DNA from: a virus
Lineage: Duplodnaviria; Caudoviricetes
IMG/VR virus record: IMGVR_UViG_3300012943_000004
Span: 1-64,000 of that record
DNA length: 64,000 nucleotides
Direction: 5' to 3' (one strand)
Part shown: one piece after another, positions 28,477 to 37,038 of the stretch
Layout of the letters: every line of letters starts with the position of its first letter
Position numbering within the stretch: position 1 is the stretch's first letter
Notes under the pieces: model-generated
Database searches by the model: none
Seen by the model: the letters and a program-made list of their open reading frames with translations, nothing else
Told to the model about the DNA's origin: nothing
Position numbers and translations under genes: made by a program

Positions 28477-29499
28477 TTACGCGATAGTGTCTGCACCACT
28501 TCTTACAGTAACCGTTGCCGCCGGAGTGGCAACGGCAGGACGAAGTGCCCGCCAGGTGATGTCTGACTCGATAACATCGTCGCCAGAAGGACCGAACGCG
28601 AAAGGCTCTAGAGCAACCTTCGGCATAGTAAGCGTAAGGACTTCCTTCGTTCCAGCTGGAGTCGCGCCTACAATGTCCTCGTAGGTAGTACAGGTGACAA
28701 TCAACTGATTCTTGGTAGTAAGACCGCCTGGTGAGGTAGCTGCCGTAGTACCATAAACAGCCTGTCGCCACAAGTCCGAATCCTGCGGACGAATATGAAC
28801 CGTGCCTGTGATCTCACGACGCATGGCCGTAAGGTCACCCAGGTAGAACGAACCTAGCCTGTAGTCGTCGTCTGAGAAGTTGTTGTTCAAGTCCCAGGCA
28901 AAAGACTTTGCAGGCAGCGTGACGCCATTGTAAGTAACCGTAATGTTTGTACCTACGGTCAAGAACGAGTCGTCCCACATAGGAGTCAGCGTAGGCGTGA
29001 TTCCTGCAACCTGCTTTCGAGCAATAACTCCCGCAGTCCCCATGAGGAACCCGTTTGCATCTGCCTCGAAATGCAGTGTGTTCACTACACCGTCTGTGTA
29101 GTTGTAACACTCAAGATGTGTTGCAGCTCCGCCGATAGACTCCTGGATAGCAAGGAACGGAAGTGTCGCAGAGTCTTTCGGAGTGATGGTATGAACCGTA
29201 GCGCCAGTTGTGGTTACGCTCGACGCCTGTCCCATCGCGGCCTTCAGAAGGGTTGTGATGCCCTCCATGCGAACGTAGTACTCAAGATCGCCAGACCAGT
29301 GAACAGCTCCCAGGTAAGCGTCAACGACATCCCTGCCGCCGCCAATCTCAGGATCCGTAATCAGAAGGTCTCGGTTCGGTCCAAGTGACCCCGAACGAAG
29401 CTTCATCGCAGTGTTGTTTGCGTCGAACGCAACCGGGAAAGTGTCTGGTGAAGCCTGCGTCATAAATGCGACTTGACCGGCTTGCGAAGAGAATCCCAT
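28477..29499 (-). CDS. major tail (tube) protein
   Basis: 340 aa; SLGPNRDLLITDPEIGGGRD...AYLG ... REITGTV pattern of phage tube proteins; upstream of chaperones. Confidence 0.9.
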   Translation of the reverse strand: MGFSSQAGQVAFMTQASPDTFPVAFDANNTAMKLRSGSLGPNRDLLITDPEIGGGRDVVDAYLGAVHWSGDLEYYVRMEGITTLLKAAMGQASSVTTTGATVHTITPKDSATLPFLAIQESIGGAATHLECYNYTDGVVNTLHFEADANGFLMGTAGVIARKQVAGITPTLTPMWDDSFLTVGTNITVTYNGVTLPAKSFAWDLNNNFSDDDYRLGSFYLGDLTAMRREITGTVHIRPQDSDLWRQAVYGTTAATSPGGLTTKNQLIVTCTTYEDIVGATPAGTKEVLTLTMPKVALEPFAFGPSGDDVIESDITWRALRPAVATPAATVTVRSGADTIA

Positions 29500-29500
29500 C

Positions 29501-29992
29501 TTACTTCACCCCTCCCTTTCCGAAACCTTGTTCACGCGGAGGCCGATGAGTCGTCGGAGGATGAGTCGTCGGAGGATGGCCCTGCTCGGTGGTGGGCGGA
29601 TCTCCCTGCTCTGTCGTCGGAGGATGGCCCTGCTCGGTAGTGGGCGGATCTCCCTGCTCGGTAGTGGGCGGATCTCCCTGCTCGGTAGTGGGCGGATCTC
29701 CCTGCTCGGTAGTGGGCGGATCTCCCTGCTCGTTCGTAATTGCGCTTTCGGTCACTGCAGTCTTCGCCTTCTCCTCGTCGAGCTCCTTCTTGAGCCGCCC
29801 GATCTCTGTATCAAGGCGAGCCGCATCTGCAACACGCGAGGCAGCCTCGATATTCACTGACTGCTTCGCCTGCTCGCCTGCGATCTGCTTGCGAAGATCC
29901 TCTGCCTCTGCGCGCTTCGCGTCAAGGACATCTTCGGATGAAGTGCCATCAACAGCGGCGTCGCCAGGAGTTTCGTCTTTAGTTTCTGACAT
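29501..29992 (-). CDS. hypothetical protein: coiled coil plus (EQGD/HPPTT)n repeat
   Basis: 163-aa ORF between tail terminator and tube genes. Confidence 0.7.
   Translation of the reverse strand: MSETKDETPGDAAVDGTSSEDVLDAKRAEAEDLRKQIAGEQAKQSVNIEAASRVADAARLDTEIGRLKKELDEEKAKTAVTESAITNEQGDPPTTEQGDPPTTEQGDPPTTEQGDPPTTEQGHPPTTEQGDPPTTEQGHPPTTHPPTTHRPPREQGFGKGGVK
29549..29731 (-). repeat. 24-bp in-frame tandem repeat (7 units, two variants) plus a 15-bp partial unit
   Basis: GAGCAGGGAGATCCGCCCACTACC x4, then GAGCAGGGCCATCCTCCGACGAC(A/T) alternating with the first variant. Confidence 0.95.
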
Positions 29993-30493
29993 CTACTGTA
30001 CCACCGTTTCTACCCAAAACTCGAGTGTCGAGAGAAAGATGAAAGTTCCACCTATCTCGTTGTTGATATACCGCTGTTGATTAACTCCCCATCGCATCGG
30101 TCGCTCGGTATTCAGTCCGTCTGTTACTACAAGCTGTGGTAACTCTACAGCAATTGTAGAACTACGGTAAAGGATCGACCGTATCATGTTCGCTAAAATC
30201 GCATGTACAGCAAGTCCTATTTCTTCATCCCCATGAGAAACCAATCCTTGAACACCAACATTATACCTTCCCAAAGTTGGCTCATGCGGATTCCTGTGAC
30301 CCATCTCAAGAGACTCGTCATTCGGAGTCCACATAGTAGAAAAGATACCAATAGACTGGTTTGGGTCAGTAGCTCGAAGAGGACGCTTTTTGATCGTTGT
30401 ATCTGATGGATCAATAACGCCCAGCTCGTCGACAAGTAACGAGACGATGTTGTTAGGAAAGACTACTGTAGACTCAGATAGCAACTGACTCAC
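29993..30493 (-). CDS. tail terminator-like protein
   Basis: Position before the tube gene; 166 aa; ends STLEFWVET. Confidence 0.65.
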   Translation of the reverse strand: MSQLLSESTVVFPNNIVSLLVDELGVIDPSDTTIKKRPLRATDPNQSIGIFSTMWTPNDESLEMGHRNPHEPTLGRYNVGVQGLVSHGDEEIGLAVHAILANMIRSILYRSSTIAVELPQLVVTDGLNTERPMRWGVNQQRYINNEIGGTFIFLSTLEFWVETVVQ

Positions 30494-30998
30494 CCATCAA
30501 GATATGCTTTACGAGAGCAAGTTGCATGTATATCATATCAGCCTCGTTCATTCCTAAAACGGGTCGAGCAACTGTTCTAGGATTAGAAGAACCTGTCTGA
30601 GCTGTTTTCATCTTATCTCGAATAGTCCTCTTTGTGGACGGACGAGCTGGATACTGCATCTGAGCGCCAAGATCATTCGGGCGAACAAGAGCGTTCGATC
30701 CAATGATGTAATTCTCAAGTTCGTGAGTACGAACGTTAATTGGATGATCTGGCCCTACGTTCCAGTCTGGATTTCCAGCACGAATAGCCTGCGTAGCAGG
30801 CTTAAGCGGCTCCCACTTGCCTGAAACGTCGTCTCCCTCGTCCTCGAACCTCTCCTTGGCTCTGTCCTTTAAATACGGAACCATGACTACACTCATGAAA
30901 GCAGACATGCCTTCAGGAGAGAGGGCGCCCGTAATCCCAATAAGACTTTTTTGGAGTTCTTTATCTAAGACCTCAACAAGGAGTCCTACGTTAACCAT
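30474..30998 (-). CDS. virion morphogenesis / tail completion protein (Mu gpG-like)
   Basis: RFEDEGD..GKWEPLKPAT..IR and ARPVLG motifs. Confidence 0.8.
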   Translation of the reverse strand: MVNVGLLVEVLDKELQKSLIGITGALSPEGMSAFMSVVMVPYLKDRAKERFEDEGDDVSGKWEPLKPATQAIRAGNPDWNVGPDHPINVRTHELENYIIGSNALVRPNDLGAQMQYPARPSTKRTIRDKMKTAQTGSSNPRTVARPVLGMNEADMIYMQLALVKHILMGESVAI

Positions 30999-31531
30999 CA
31001 GACGCCACTCTCTACAGTCTGAATTGGCGGATTATGATAACCTTCGCGAGGAGCATAAGGCCCCAATGGCGCATAAGGCCCACGTACCTCGTTCCAGGTT
31101 ACCTGCTGATAAAAGCCCTCTACCAACGACTCGGGATCCTGCTGAAGAATGATCAGCTTGTCCGGGAGGCCTTCTTCGTCCAGAGGAACGGCTCCCCTGA
31201 GCGGGAACGATCCGTCAAGTACCTTCATCAATAAAGACATTCCCTCGTCAAAGAGGGACTTTCCATATTTATGAAGGTCCATGTCTTCTGATTTAGCTGC
31301 CATGTCCATAAGCAGCCTGCCAGAAGCGATCAGAGAATTAATCTGACGAAGCAGGACGACAGTGGAATGCGTCTGAGGTGTATCGCTAATAACAATTGGA
31401 GTCTCATAAAGTTGCCCAAGCTGGACATCCATCTGCTCGGATACAGTTGTGATGGTATTCGAGCCGTCCCCCAACCTCGGAGGAAGGGGAATGTCTCCAA
31501 TTGTTAAATCTGATACCTCAGCGTATGCCAC
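30998..31531 (-). CDS. head-to-tail adaptor (Mu gp36-like)
   Basis: MAYAEVSDL start; QMDVQLGQLYETPI; position after capsid. Confidence 0.75.
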   Translation of the reverse strand: MAYAEVSDLTIGDIPLPPRLGDGSNTITTVSEQMDVQLGQLYETPIVISDTPQTHSTVVLLRQINSLIASGRLLMDMAAKSEDMDLHKYGKSLFDEGMSLLMKVLDGSFPLRGAVPLDEEGLPDKLIILQQDPESLVEGFYQQVTWNEVRGPYAPLGPYAPREGYHNPPIQTVESGV

Positions 31532-31553
31532 TGTCGCCCTGTCGCTCGTCTAC

Positions 31554-31949
31554 TTACTGAAGACCAGAAAGATCGTCTGTATCTTCAGTGTCGTCCTCGT
31601 CGGACGCTTCTACTGCTGTCGGAGCGTTGCGCTCCTCCCAGGCTTCGTAGTCGTACGGCTTCTGAGACTCCTTGAACTTAGCCTCAGCTAACGCCTCGGG
31701 AGAATCACCAGTAGCCGCGTAAGGCTTCTGAGTCGGATCTCCGTATCCGGCGTACTCAGGAGAAACTCCGACATAAGCATCAGTGTCATTATCCTCGACA
31801 CCGAAGTTACGAGCGTTGCCGTCGTCCTCTTCGACATGCGTACCGTCTACAACGTGCTTCGCACGAGTAGATTCGTAGTCACGCTTCTGCAGCGCCCGGA
31901 GGGACTGCGTAGAAGTCGGCTCTGTGTAAACTGCCCTCTTTGCGGTCAT
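31554..31949 (-). CDS. hypothetical acidic protein
   Basis: GAGGAGG RBS; between capsid and adaptor genes. Confidence 0.75.
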   Translation of the reverse strand: MTAKRAVYTEPTSTQSLRALQKRDYESTRAKHVVDGTHVEEDDGNARNFGVEDNDTDAYVGVSPEYAGYGDPTQKPYAATGDSPEALAEAKFKESQKPYDYEAWEERNAPTAVEASDEDDTEDTDDLSGLQ

Positions 31950-31960
31950 TTCGCCTCCTC

Positions 31961-33286
31961 TTAGGTGAGCTTCGCGTTGACTGCGTAGGTGTACTCCATG
32001 TGCGGATACACCGGGAACGCCTTGATGCCGTTACCCTTATCGTAGCCCCAAGGATCGGTACGGCTCTTCTCCCACTCGTAGAAGCCAGGCTCCCAATTGC
32101 CCTCGGGGTGAGGACTCGTAAGAGTCTTCGCAAAGCCGATATCGGTGTCATCGAACTCGCTCACCGAAGCCGCAGACGGCAGGAACACCATCTCGTCGTT
32201 CGGGAAGAAGCGGTTACTGGTAACCGTGTTAGATCCGACTGGCCGCGTACGATACACGGAGTCGTAAATAACAAACTCAATACCAGTCGCATTCGTAATG
32301 ACATCGAGTGCGGCCTGCGGACCCCAACCATCCAGGAGATAGTGGAGGTTCGGCATCTGTGGTGCGCCAGCCGGATCGTAACGAGCGCCAAGGCCCGCAC
32401 GCTGGCTAAACTGAGCGGAGTTGACCATCTTCCGAGACACGGCCTTGGTCGTGAGAACACGATCAAGGACAATGCCGTAAGTGTCAAAGAAGAACTGCTT
32501 GATGTCGAGGAAGAATCCGATTGGATCGTGAGTAGTCGTACTCACGTCCCAAACTCCATCCACGACATGCGGAGCGAAGTCGTTCGCAGCGTTACCGTTT
32601 GACTGAGAAGCAGGACGCCCGTAATCAACGGTAAACTTGATCTTTCCGTCGTTGTAGGCGATGACGCCCGCAGAAAGGGCAGTCATAATCAGCAACTCAA
32701 GACGGTTGTCAAGCTTCCGCTTACGAAGCTGCTCGTCCTTAGCCAACTTCGTTGCCCAATCTTCGAGCGCCGAAGTAACGTAGATCGGAAGGTTGCCGCC
32801 CTGGCCCTGCATGATCTCCAGGATACGACTCGCCTCGCGGTAACGGTTGACGTCAGAAGGCGCGTAACGATCCTTCGTTGACCAGTCGATAACGCTTGCG
32901 CGACCCGTACCGGCAAACGCTTCGTCCTTCTGCGACAGCTCAGCCTCGGCGTCCTCTGCGCGAGCAGGCGCAAGGCCGTCGGTTGCAACAGGAAGGTAGT
33001 CAAAGACAACCTCATCAGTTGCAACCTCAAGGAACGGCGCGATCTGCGCCAGTCCGATATGCGTGTCAGGCAGAAGGAAGTTGCGAATAGAGCCAAGCGA
33101 AACTTCCTTGCGAATCAGTCGATCAAGACCGATTGCGCTAGCGAACTCCATGCGCCCTGCGTCGTTCCCCGAGAATGCCTCGAGGAGCTGATCCAGCGCG
33201 CTGCCCTTCTCGATACTGTCACCAGCCTGCGCAAACATGCCTAGAAGGTCGTCGGCACTCGCGCGACTAAAGCGCTTAATACTCAT
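31961..33286 (-). CDS. major capsid protein (gpE-like family)
   Basis: ~440 aa, strongly biased codons, downstream of protease and decoration genes; C-terminal GIKAFPVYPH; ATG at 33286 with AAGGGAG RBS. Confidence 0.9.
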   Translation of the reverse strand: MSIKRFSRASADDLLGMFAQAGDSIEKGSALDQLLEAFSGNDAGRMEFASAIGLDRLIRKEVSLGSIRNFLLPDTHIGLAQIAPFLEVATDEVVFDYLPVATDGLAPARAEDAEAELSQKDEAFAGTGRASVIDWSTKDRYAPSDVNRYREASRILEIMQGQGGNLPIYVTSALEDWATKLAKDEQLRKRKLDNRLELLIMTALSAGVIAYNDGKIKFTVDYGRPASQSNGNAANDFAPHVVDGVWDVSTTTHDPIGFFLDIKQFFFDTYGIVLDRVLTTKAVSRKMVNSAQFSQRAGLGARYDPAGAPQMPNLHYLLDGWGPQAALDVITNATGIEFVIYDSVYRTRPVGSNTVTSNRFFPNDEMVFLPSAASVSEFDDTDIGFAKTLTSPHPEGNWEPGFYEWEKSRTDPWGYDKGNGIKAFPVYPHMEYTYAVNAKLT

Positions 33287-33297
33287 TGTCAACTCCC

Positions 33298-33750
33298 TTA
33301 CTTGAAGGTCACGTCAAGTGACTTGAGGGCGAACATACCGGCAGCTGTGGTGTTACTGAGAACGATTCGAGCTCCACCTGCATCACGCTCAAAGCACCAA
33401 GCCTGGACGGCAGTTCCTACATAAGCTACGGAAATCTGCTCGTCATGTTCAATCAACTGCCAGGGGAGGAAGGTGTCATTCAGGCCAACGACGTTCGCCA
33501 AAGTCTGACGCCCATCCGCAACGCCCGCCATGAACGGTCCAACCTTGCCAGATTCTCCAGTGGAGGTAATCTTTGCCATTACCTCGCCGGGCTGAAGGAT
33601 CTTCTGTACAATAGTGTCGATCGTCTCAGACGGCGTAGCTGCCGCCGAGCAGGTATACGACTCAAACTGCACGTGATCAGTGTTTCGCAGATATACGTTC
33701 TTACCGAACGGACTGCGAACAGATCCTGGCCCCTTAGTAAATGAAGGCAT
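33298..33750 (-). CDS. head decoration protein
   Basis: LQPGEVMAKIT...GKVGPF...ADGRQT..GL pattern of gpD-like proteins. Confidence 0.8.
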   Translation of the reverse strand: MPSFTKGPGSVRSPFGKNVYLRNTDHVQFESYTCSAAATPSETIDTIVQKILQPGEVMAKITSTGESGKVGPFMAGVADGRQTLANVVGLNDTFLPWQLIEHDEQISVAYVGTAVQAWCFERDAGGARIVLSNTTAAGMFALKSLDVTFK

Positions 33751-33760
33751 CTGCTATCCT

Positions 33761-35020
33761 TTACTTCTTGAGGGCAAGGAGCCCTTGAAGCTCCTTGTAT
33801 GCTGGGGTCGCTTCGACGTTGTTGCCTGTCCGCGAGTGCATCGCTACGATGGACTGAAGATCTTCAACACGCTTAGCGTACTGCGCTTCGGTCATATTGC
33901 TTCCGACGACGACCTTTGAAGCTTCGGGCTTCGACTTAGAATGAGCAGAAGTCTGCCCGTTCTCGCCGGTGCTCGACTCTTCCTCGGGATCTTCGTTGGT
34001 CTCAACCTGACCGAAAAGTGGAGCACTGCCTGCCGACTCGTAAGCCGACTTCCAGTTAGTCCACTGCTGATCGTTCAACGAGAGAGCGTGCTCTGTCATT
34101 GAATCGATCATAGTAGCCGGAATCTTCTTGGCAGCAGCGAGCTGCTTGACAAAATCAGTCCGGCTCGACTTGATGGTCTCAGCCGCAAACTCCTCTAGAA
34201 CATTGAGCTGCTTCTGGACCGCGGCGTAGTCAGTAGTCGACTCGCCGCCGAGAGTAAATTGGTAAACAGGAGCGACTACGGCAGGAGCGGCGGGCACAGC
34301 AGCGCTGTGCTGCGTGTCGCTCTTACTCCCCTCGTCAGCCGCACCAGGCTCGGCAACCGTTCCAGCCAGAGCCTGAGTATCTTTGGTTGCTAAATTACCC
34401 ACAGGGGTCTCCTTTGGATTCTCGAACATCAGGCTGAAACTAGCCGTGTTGTTTGACTGAAACGCACGCAGGCCCTCAACTGCCGAGAAGTCTACATACG
34501 CTACACCCTGATACACAGGCCAATACTCAGCTTCGCTATTTGTTATCCATGTCCCGATCTCGCTAGACTGGTTCCGCCACAGACCGGACTGGATCTTTTG
34601 AATAGCCTGCGGGTCGAGGATCTCGTAGTCAGCAAGAAGGTATGTCTCCCTTGAGCCATCGACCGGGTTCTTATGAACCATCGTTCGAAGGTTCGTGTGC
34701 CAGCCTATGACTTCTCCGCCTCCTCCAAAGAGTGACGGATGTCCAGCACGAACTGGAACCGACTCAAGAATCTTGTCTTCCCTGAGTTGATTCCAGTTAT
34801 CTACCAACTGCTTCATATGTAGAGGCTCCCAGGTGTGCTGCTCGCCTCGTGAATCCCTAAACGTGCCAGACCTGAAGACCGGCACGCCCTTCTTGACAAG
34901 CAGCTGTGTTCCGTCGTCCGCCTTTGTGAAGGTGGTTTCTACTTCAAAACCATCTGCGAAGGAAAGGCTAGAGAACAACACTACGCTGCGCTCTAAATCT
35001 GGAATCAGGGTGTCAGTCAT
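33761..35020 (-). CDS. capsid maturation protease / scaffold (Mu gpI-like)
   Basis: PVRAGH ... IGW ... RNQSSEI ... GVAYVDFSAVEGL followed by an acidic scaffold-like C-half. Confidence 0.8.
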   Translation of the reverse strand: MTDTLIPDLERSVVLFSSLSFADGFEVETTFTKADDGTQLLVKKGVPVFRSGTFRDSRGEQHTWEPLHMKQLVDNWNQLREDKILESVPVRAGHPSLFGGGGEVIGWHTNLRTMVHKNPVDGSRETYLLADYEILDPQAIQKIQSGLWRNQSSEIGTWITNSEAEYWPVYQGVAYVDFSAVEGLRAFQSNNTASFSLMFENPKETPVGNLATKDTQALAGTVAEPGAADEGSKSDTQHSAAVPAAPAVVAPVYQFTLGGESTTDYAAVQKQLNVLEEFAAETIKSSRTDFVKQLAAAKKIPATMIDSMTEHALSLNDQQWTNWKSAYESAGSAPLFGQVETNEDPEEESSTGENGQTSAHSKSKPEASKVVVGSNMTEAQYAKRVEDLQSIVAMHSRTGNNVEATPAYKELQGLLALKK

Positions 35021-35032
35021 TAGTTCGATACC

Positions 35033-35344
35033 TTACGTTATGGCGGTTGTGTTCGGCAAGGATTCCGCTTCATTATTGCAAAAATTATTCATCTCGGTAA
35101 GAGTTGATTCAGAAAGTTTAGCTTCATCCTGAGTGATATTAACCGTGTGAACTCTCAGGCATTCTCTACACCTGAGCATCACCTTGCCGCCTTCTACAAA
35201 GACCTCCCCAAAGATCCTGTGCTGTTTATAGACCTTGACGTGTACAAACAGTTTACCTCTTCGTACACCGTAAGTGGCTAACAAAGGATTTCGGTTACAA
35301 AAGCACCGAAGCTCCTTTTCACGAGAGGATCGTCCCGCACTCAC
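35033..35344 (-). CDS. Zn-ribbon hypothetical protein
   Basis: RCFC ... RCREC; coupled between portal and protease genes. Confidence 0.7.
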   Translation of the reverse strand: MSAGRSSREKELRCFCNRNPLLATYGVRRGKLFVHVKVYKQHRIFGEVFVEGGKVMLRCRECLRVHTVNITQDEAKLSESTLTEMNNFCNNEAESLPNTTAIT

Positions 35345-37038
35345 ATCTTCTCCAGCACCAGGTCGATTTCACTAAACATGGCAGTCCTGAACTCTAACAT
35401 AAATGCACTCAGGCCGTTTACGAACCCCATAGAGGTCTTATCGCTAAGGTATCCTCCGAGAATTGTAAAGAACCTGACCACTTGCTGCTGTGCGTCCTGA
35501 ATACCATATTCCTCCAAAGCTTCACCAAGCTGCTTTGCAAACCCAAACGAAGGCTCGTAGCTTCCGAGTCTATCGTCTAGATTTGCCTTGGAGACCTGTG
35601 CTTCAATTCTAGAAGAGATGTTTTCGAGTACTGAATAGACTCTCCTTTGATTGTCGGTTTTTGCTTTACTCTTTGGAGTAACCTTCTTTGAAGGTTCGTC
35701 TTTGGGCTGCGATGGAGTATTTGGATCAACTTGAGGCTCGGTGAGGATGTTGACCTCCTCTAGCGGAACTCCAATAATCTCGCCAAGCAGCCGAAGATCA
35801 GGCTTTGCGCGACCTGCTGTAATCATCGCGGTTGCGATGTTCTGGAGCATCTCCTGATTATCGTTATTCAAAGGAGCAAACTCAATCTCGGCCTGTGGCG
35901 CATTAAGTCCATAGTTCCAGTCGTGCAAGGGCTTGACAATGTACTTATCAATATAGTACTTAAAGTCGCCCGCGATAGCATTGAGCATCCAGAGGTAGAC
36001 CTTCATATGTCCTACGCCCAGGTTATATGAGCCTACGTCGGCGGTACGAAGAAGCAAGATCGGAGTGAATAGCGCCAGCGACATTTCTTCATCGAGCCTC
36101 TGCATGTAGCGCTCGAAATCAGCGCCACGCATCTGAGACTCCATGTACTCAAGAGTGTAATCGTAATTCGGATTATTTTCTTGGCCGACTGGAGTTCTAT
36201 CGTTTGGCAAAACCACGACAGAACGATTACGAAGCTGCTGGATCAAGCCCGCCATCATTGTATTGCCGTAGATTTCTTCACCGTTCACTGTAACTGTATC
36301 GTCGTATGGCGCGCGTCCTACAGGAGTCGGCTCCCCGAACCGCTCGTAGTAGCGGTTAGCGAAGAGATGCATGAGGATCGAGAAGAACCAACTCTGAAAC
36401 GCTGGCCGAAGAAGCTTTCGTCCTGCGTAATCACCGTTCTCCATCAGGAGCGGATACCAATACGAATACTCTACTGGAATATTAGCCGGAGCGCCGAATT
36501 GAGTAATACCGTCAAACCTGCGAACCTTTGGAGCCACCGAGCGTCCCTCGGGCTTAAATCCGTTTACCCACTTCCAATGAACGCAGCAATCTTCAGGAAA
36601 GAGATCTTTAACCTTCGACAGAACGATAGCCTTGTTATCGACATCGTTATCCCACTCGAGAATATTTGGAGAATACCCAGCCCAAAACGACTGCGCCATT
36701 CCACGAATTAGTCGAGTCCAAACCTTACGAAGGTTCTCTTCAATCTGATCTGCGATACTCTTTTTAGAGCACTTGATATGCCACTGCATCTGATGCAACA
36801 AGAACGTCAACACTGATAATGAAGAATTAATCTGATAATGATCCTTCATCTGTCGGAAATCCTGAAGCGTCAGATTATCCAAGTTAAACGAGATGGCCCC
36901 GCCGCCGGGAAGCTGAGTGAGTGGCCGCATGTTTTCGCCAGCCCAAACTCCTACGCCCTCTCCAAGCTTAGGAGGCTTTTCTTTTCTGTACTGCAGAGAA
37001 CTAATTGGCTGACCGTTAGGACCGAGGAGTCCACTCAC
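35341..37038 (-). CDS. portal protein (DUF935 / Mu gp29-like)
   Basis: GRKLLRPAFQSWFF...F.ERFGEPTPVG ... GSYNLGVGH pattern; follows TerL. Confidence 0.9.
   Translation of the reverse strand: MSGLLGPNGQPISSLQYRKEKPPKLGEGVGVWAGENMRPLTQLPGGGAISFNLDNLTLQDFRQMKDHYQINSSLSVLTFLLHQMQWHIKCSKKSIADQIEENLRKVWTRLIRGMAQSFWAGYSPNILEWDNDVDNKAIVLSKVKDLFPEDCCVHWKWVNGFKPEGRSVAPKVRRFDGITQFGAPANIPVEYSYWYPLLMENGDYAGRKLLRPAFQSWFFSILMHLFANRYYERFGEPTPVGRAPYDDTVTVNGEEIYGNTMMAGLIQQLRNRSVVVLPNDRTPVGQENNPNYDYTLEYMESQMRGADFERYMQRLDEEMSLALFTPILLLRTADVGSYNLGVGHMKVYLWMLNAIAGDFKYYIDKYIVKPLHDWNYGLNAPQAEIEFAPLNNDNQEMLQNIATAMITAGRAKPDLRLLGEIIGVPLEEVNILTEPQVDPNTPSQPKDEPSKKVTPKSKAKTDNQRRVYSVLENISSRIEAQVSKANLDDRLGSYEPSFGFAKQLGEALEEYGIQDAQQQVVRFFTILGGYLSDKTSMGFVNGLSAFMLEFRTAMFSEIDLVLEKM

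Noticed and set aside
29549-29731. Possible CRISPR array
   Set aside because: Units are contiguous with no unique spacers and keep the reading frame; it is a coding VNTR
29528-30080. Two long + strand ORFs (110 and 163 aa) over the repeat
   Set aside because: Antisense shadows kept open by the stop-free 24-bp unit; no RBS and opposite to the operon
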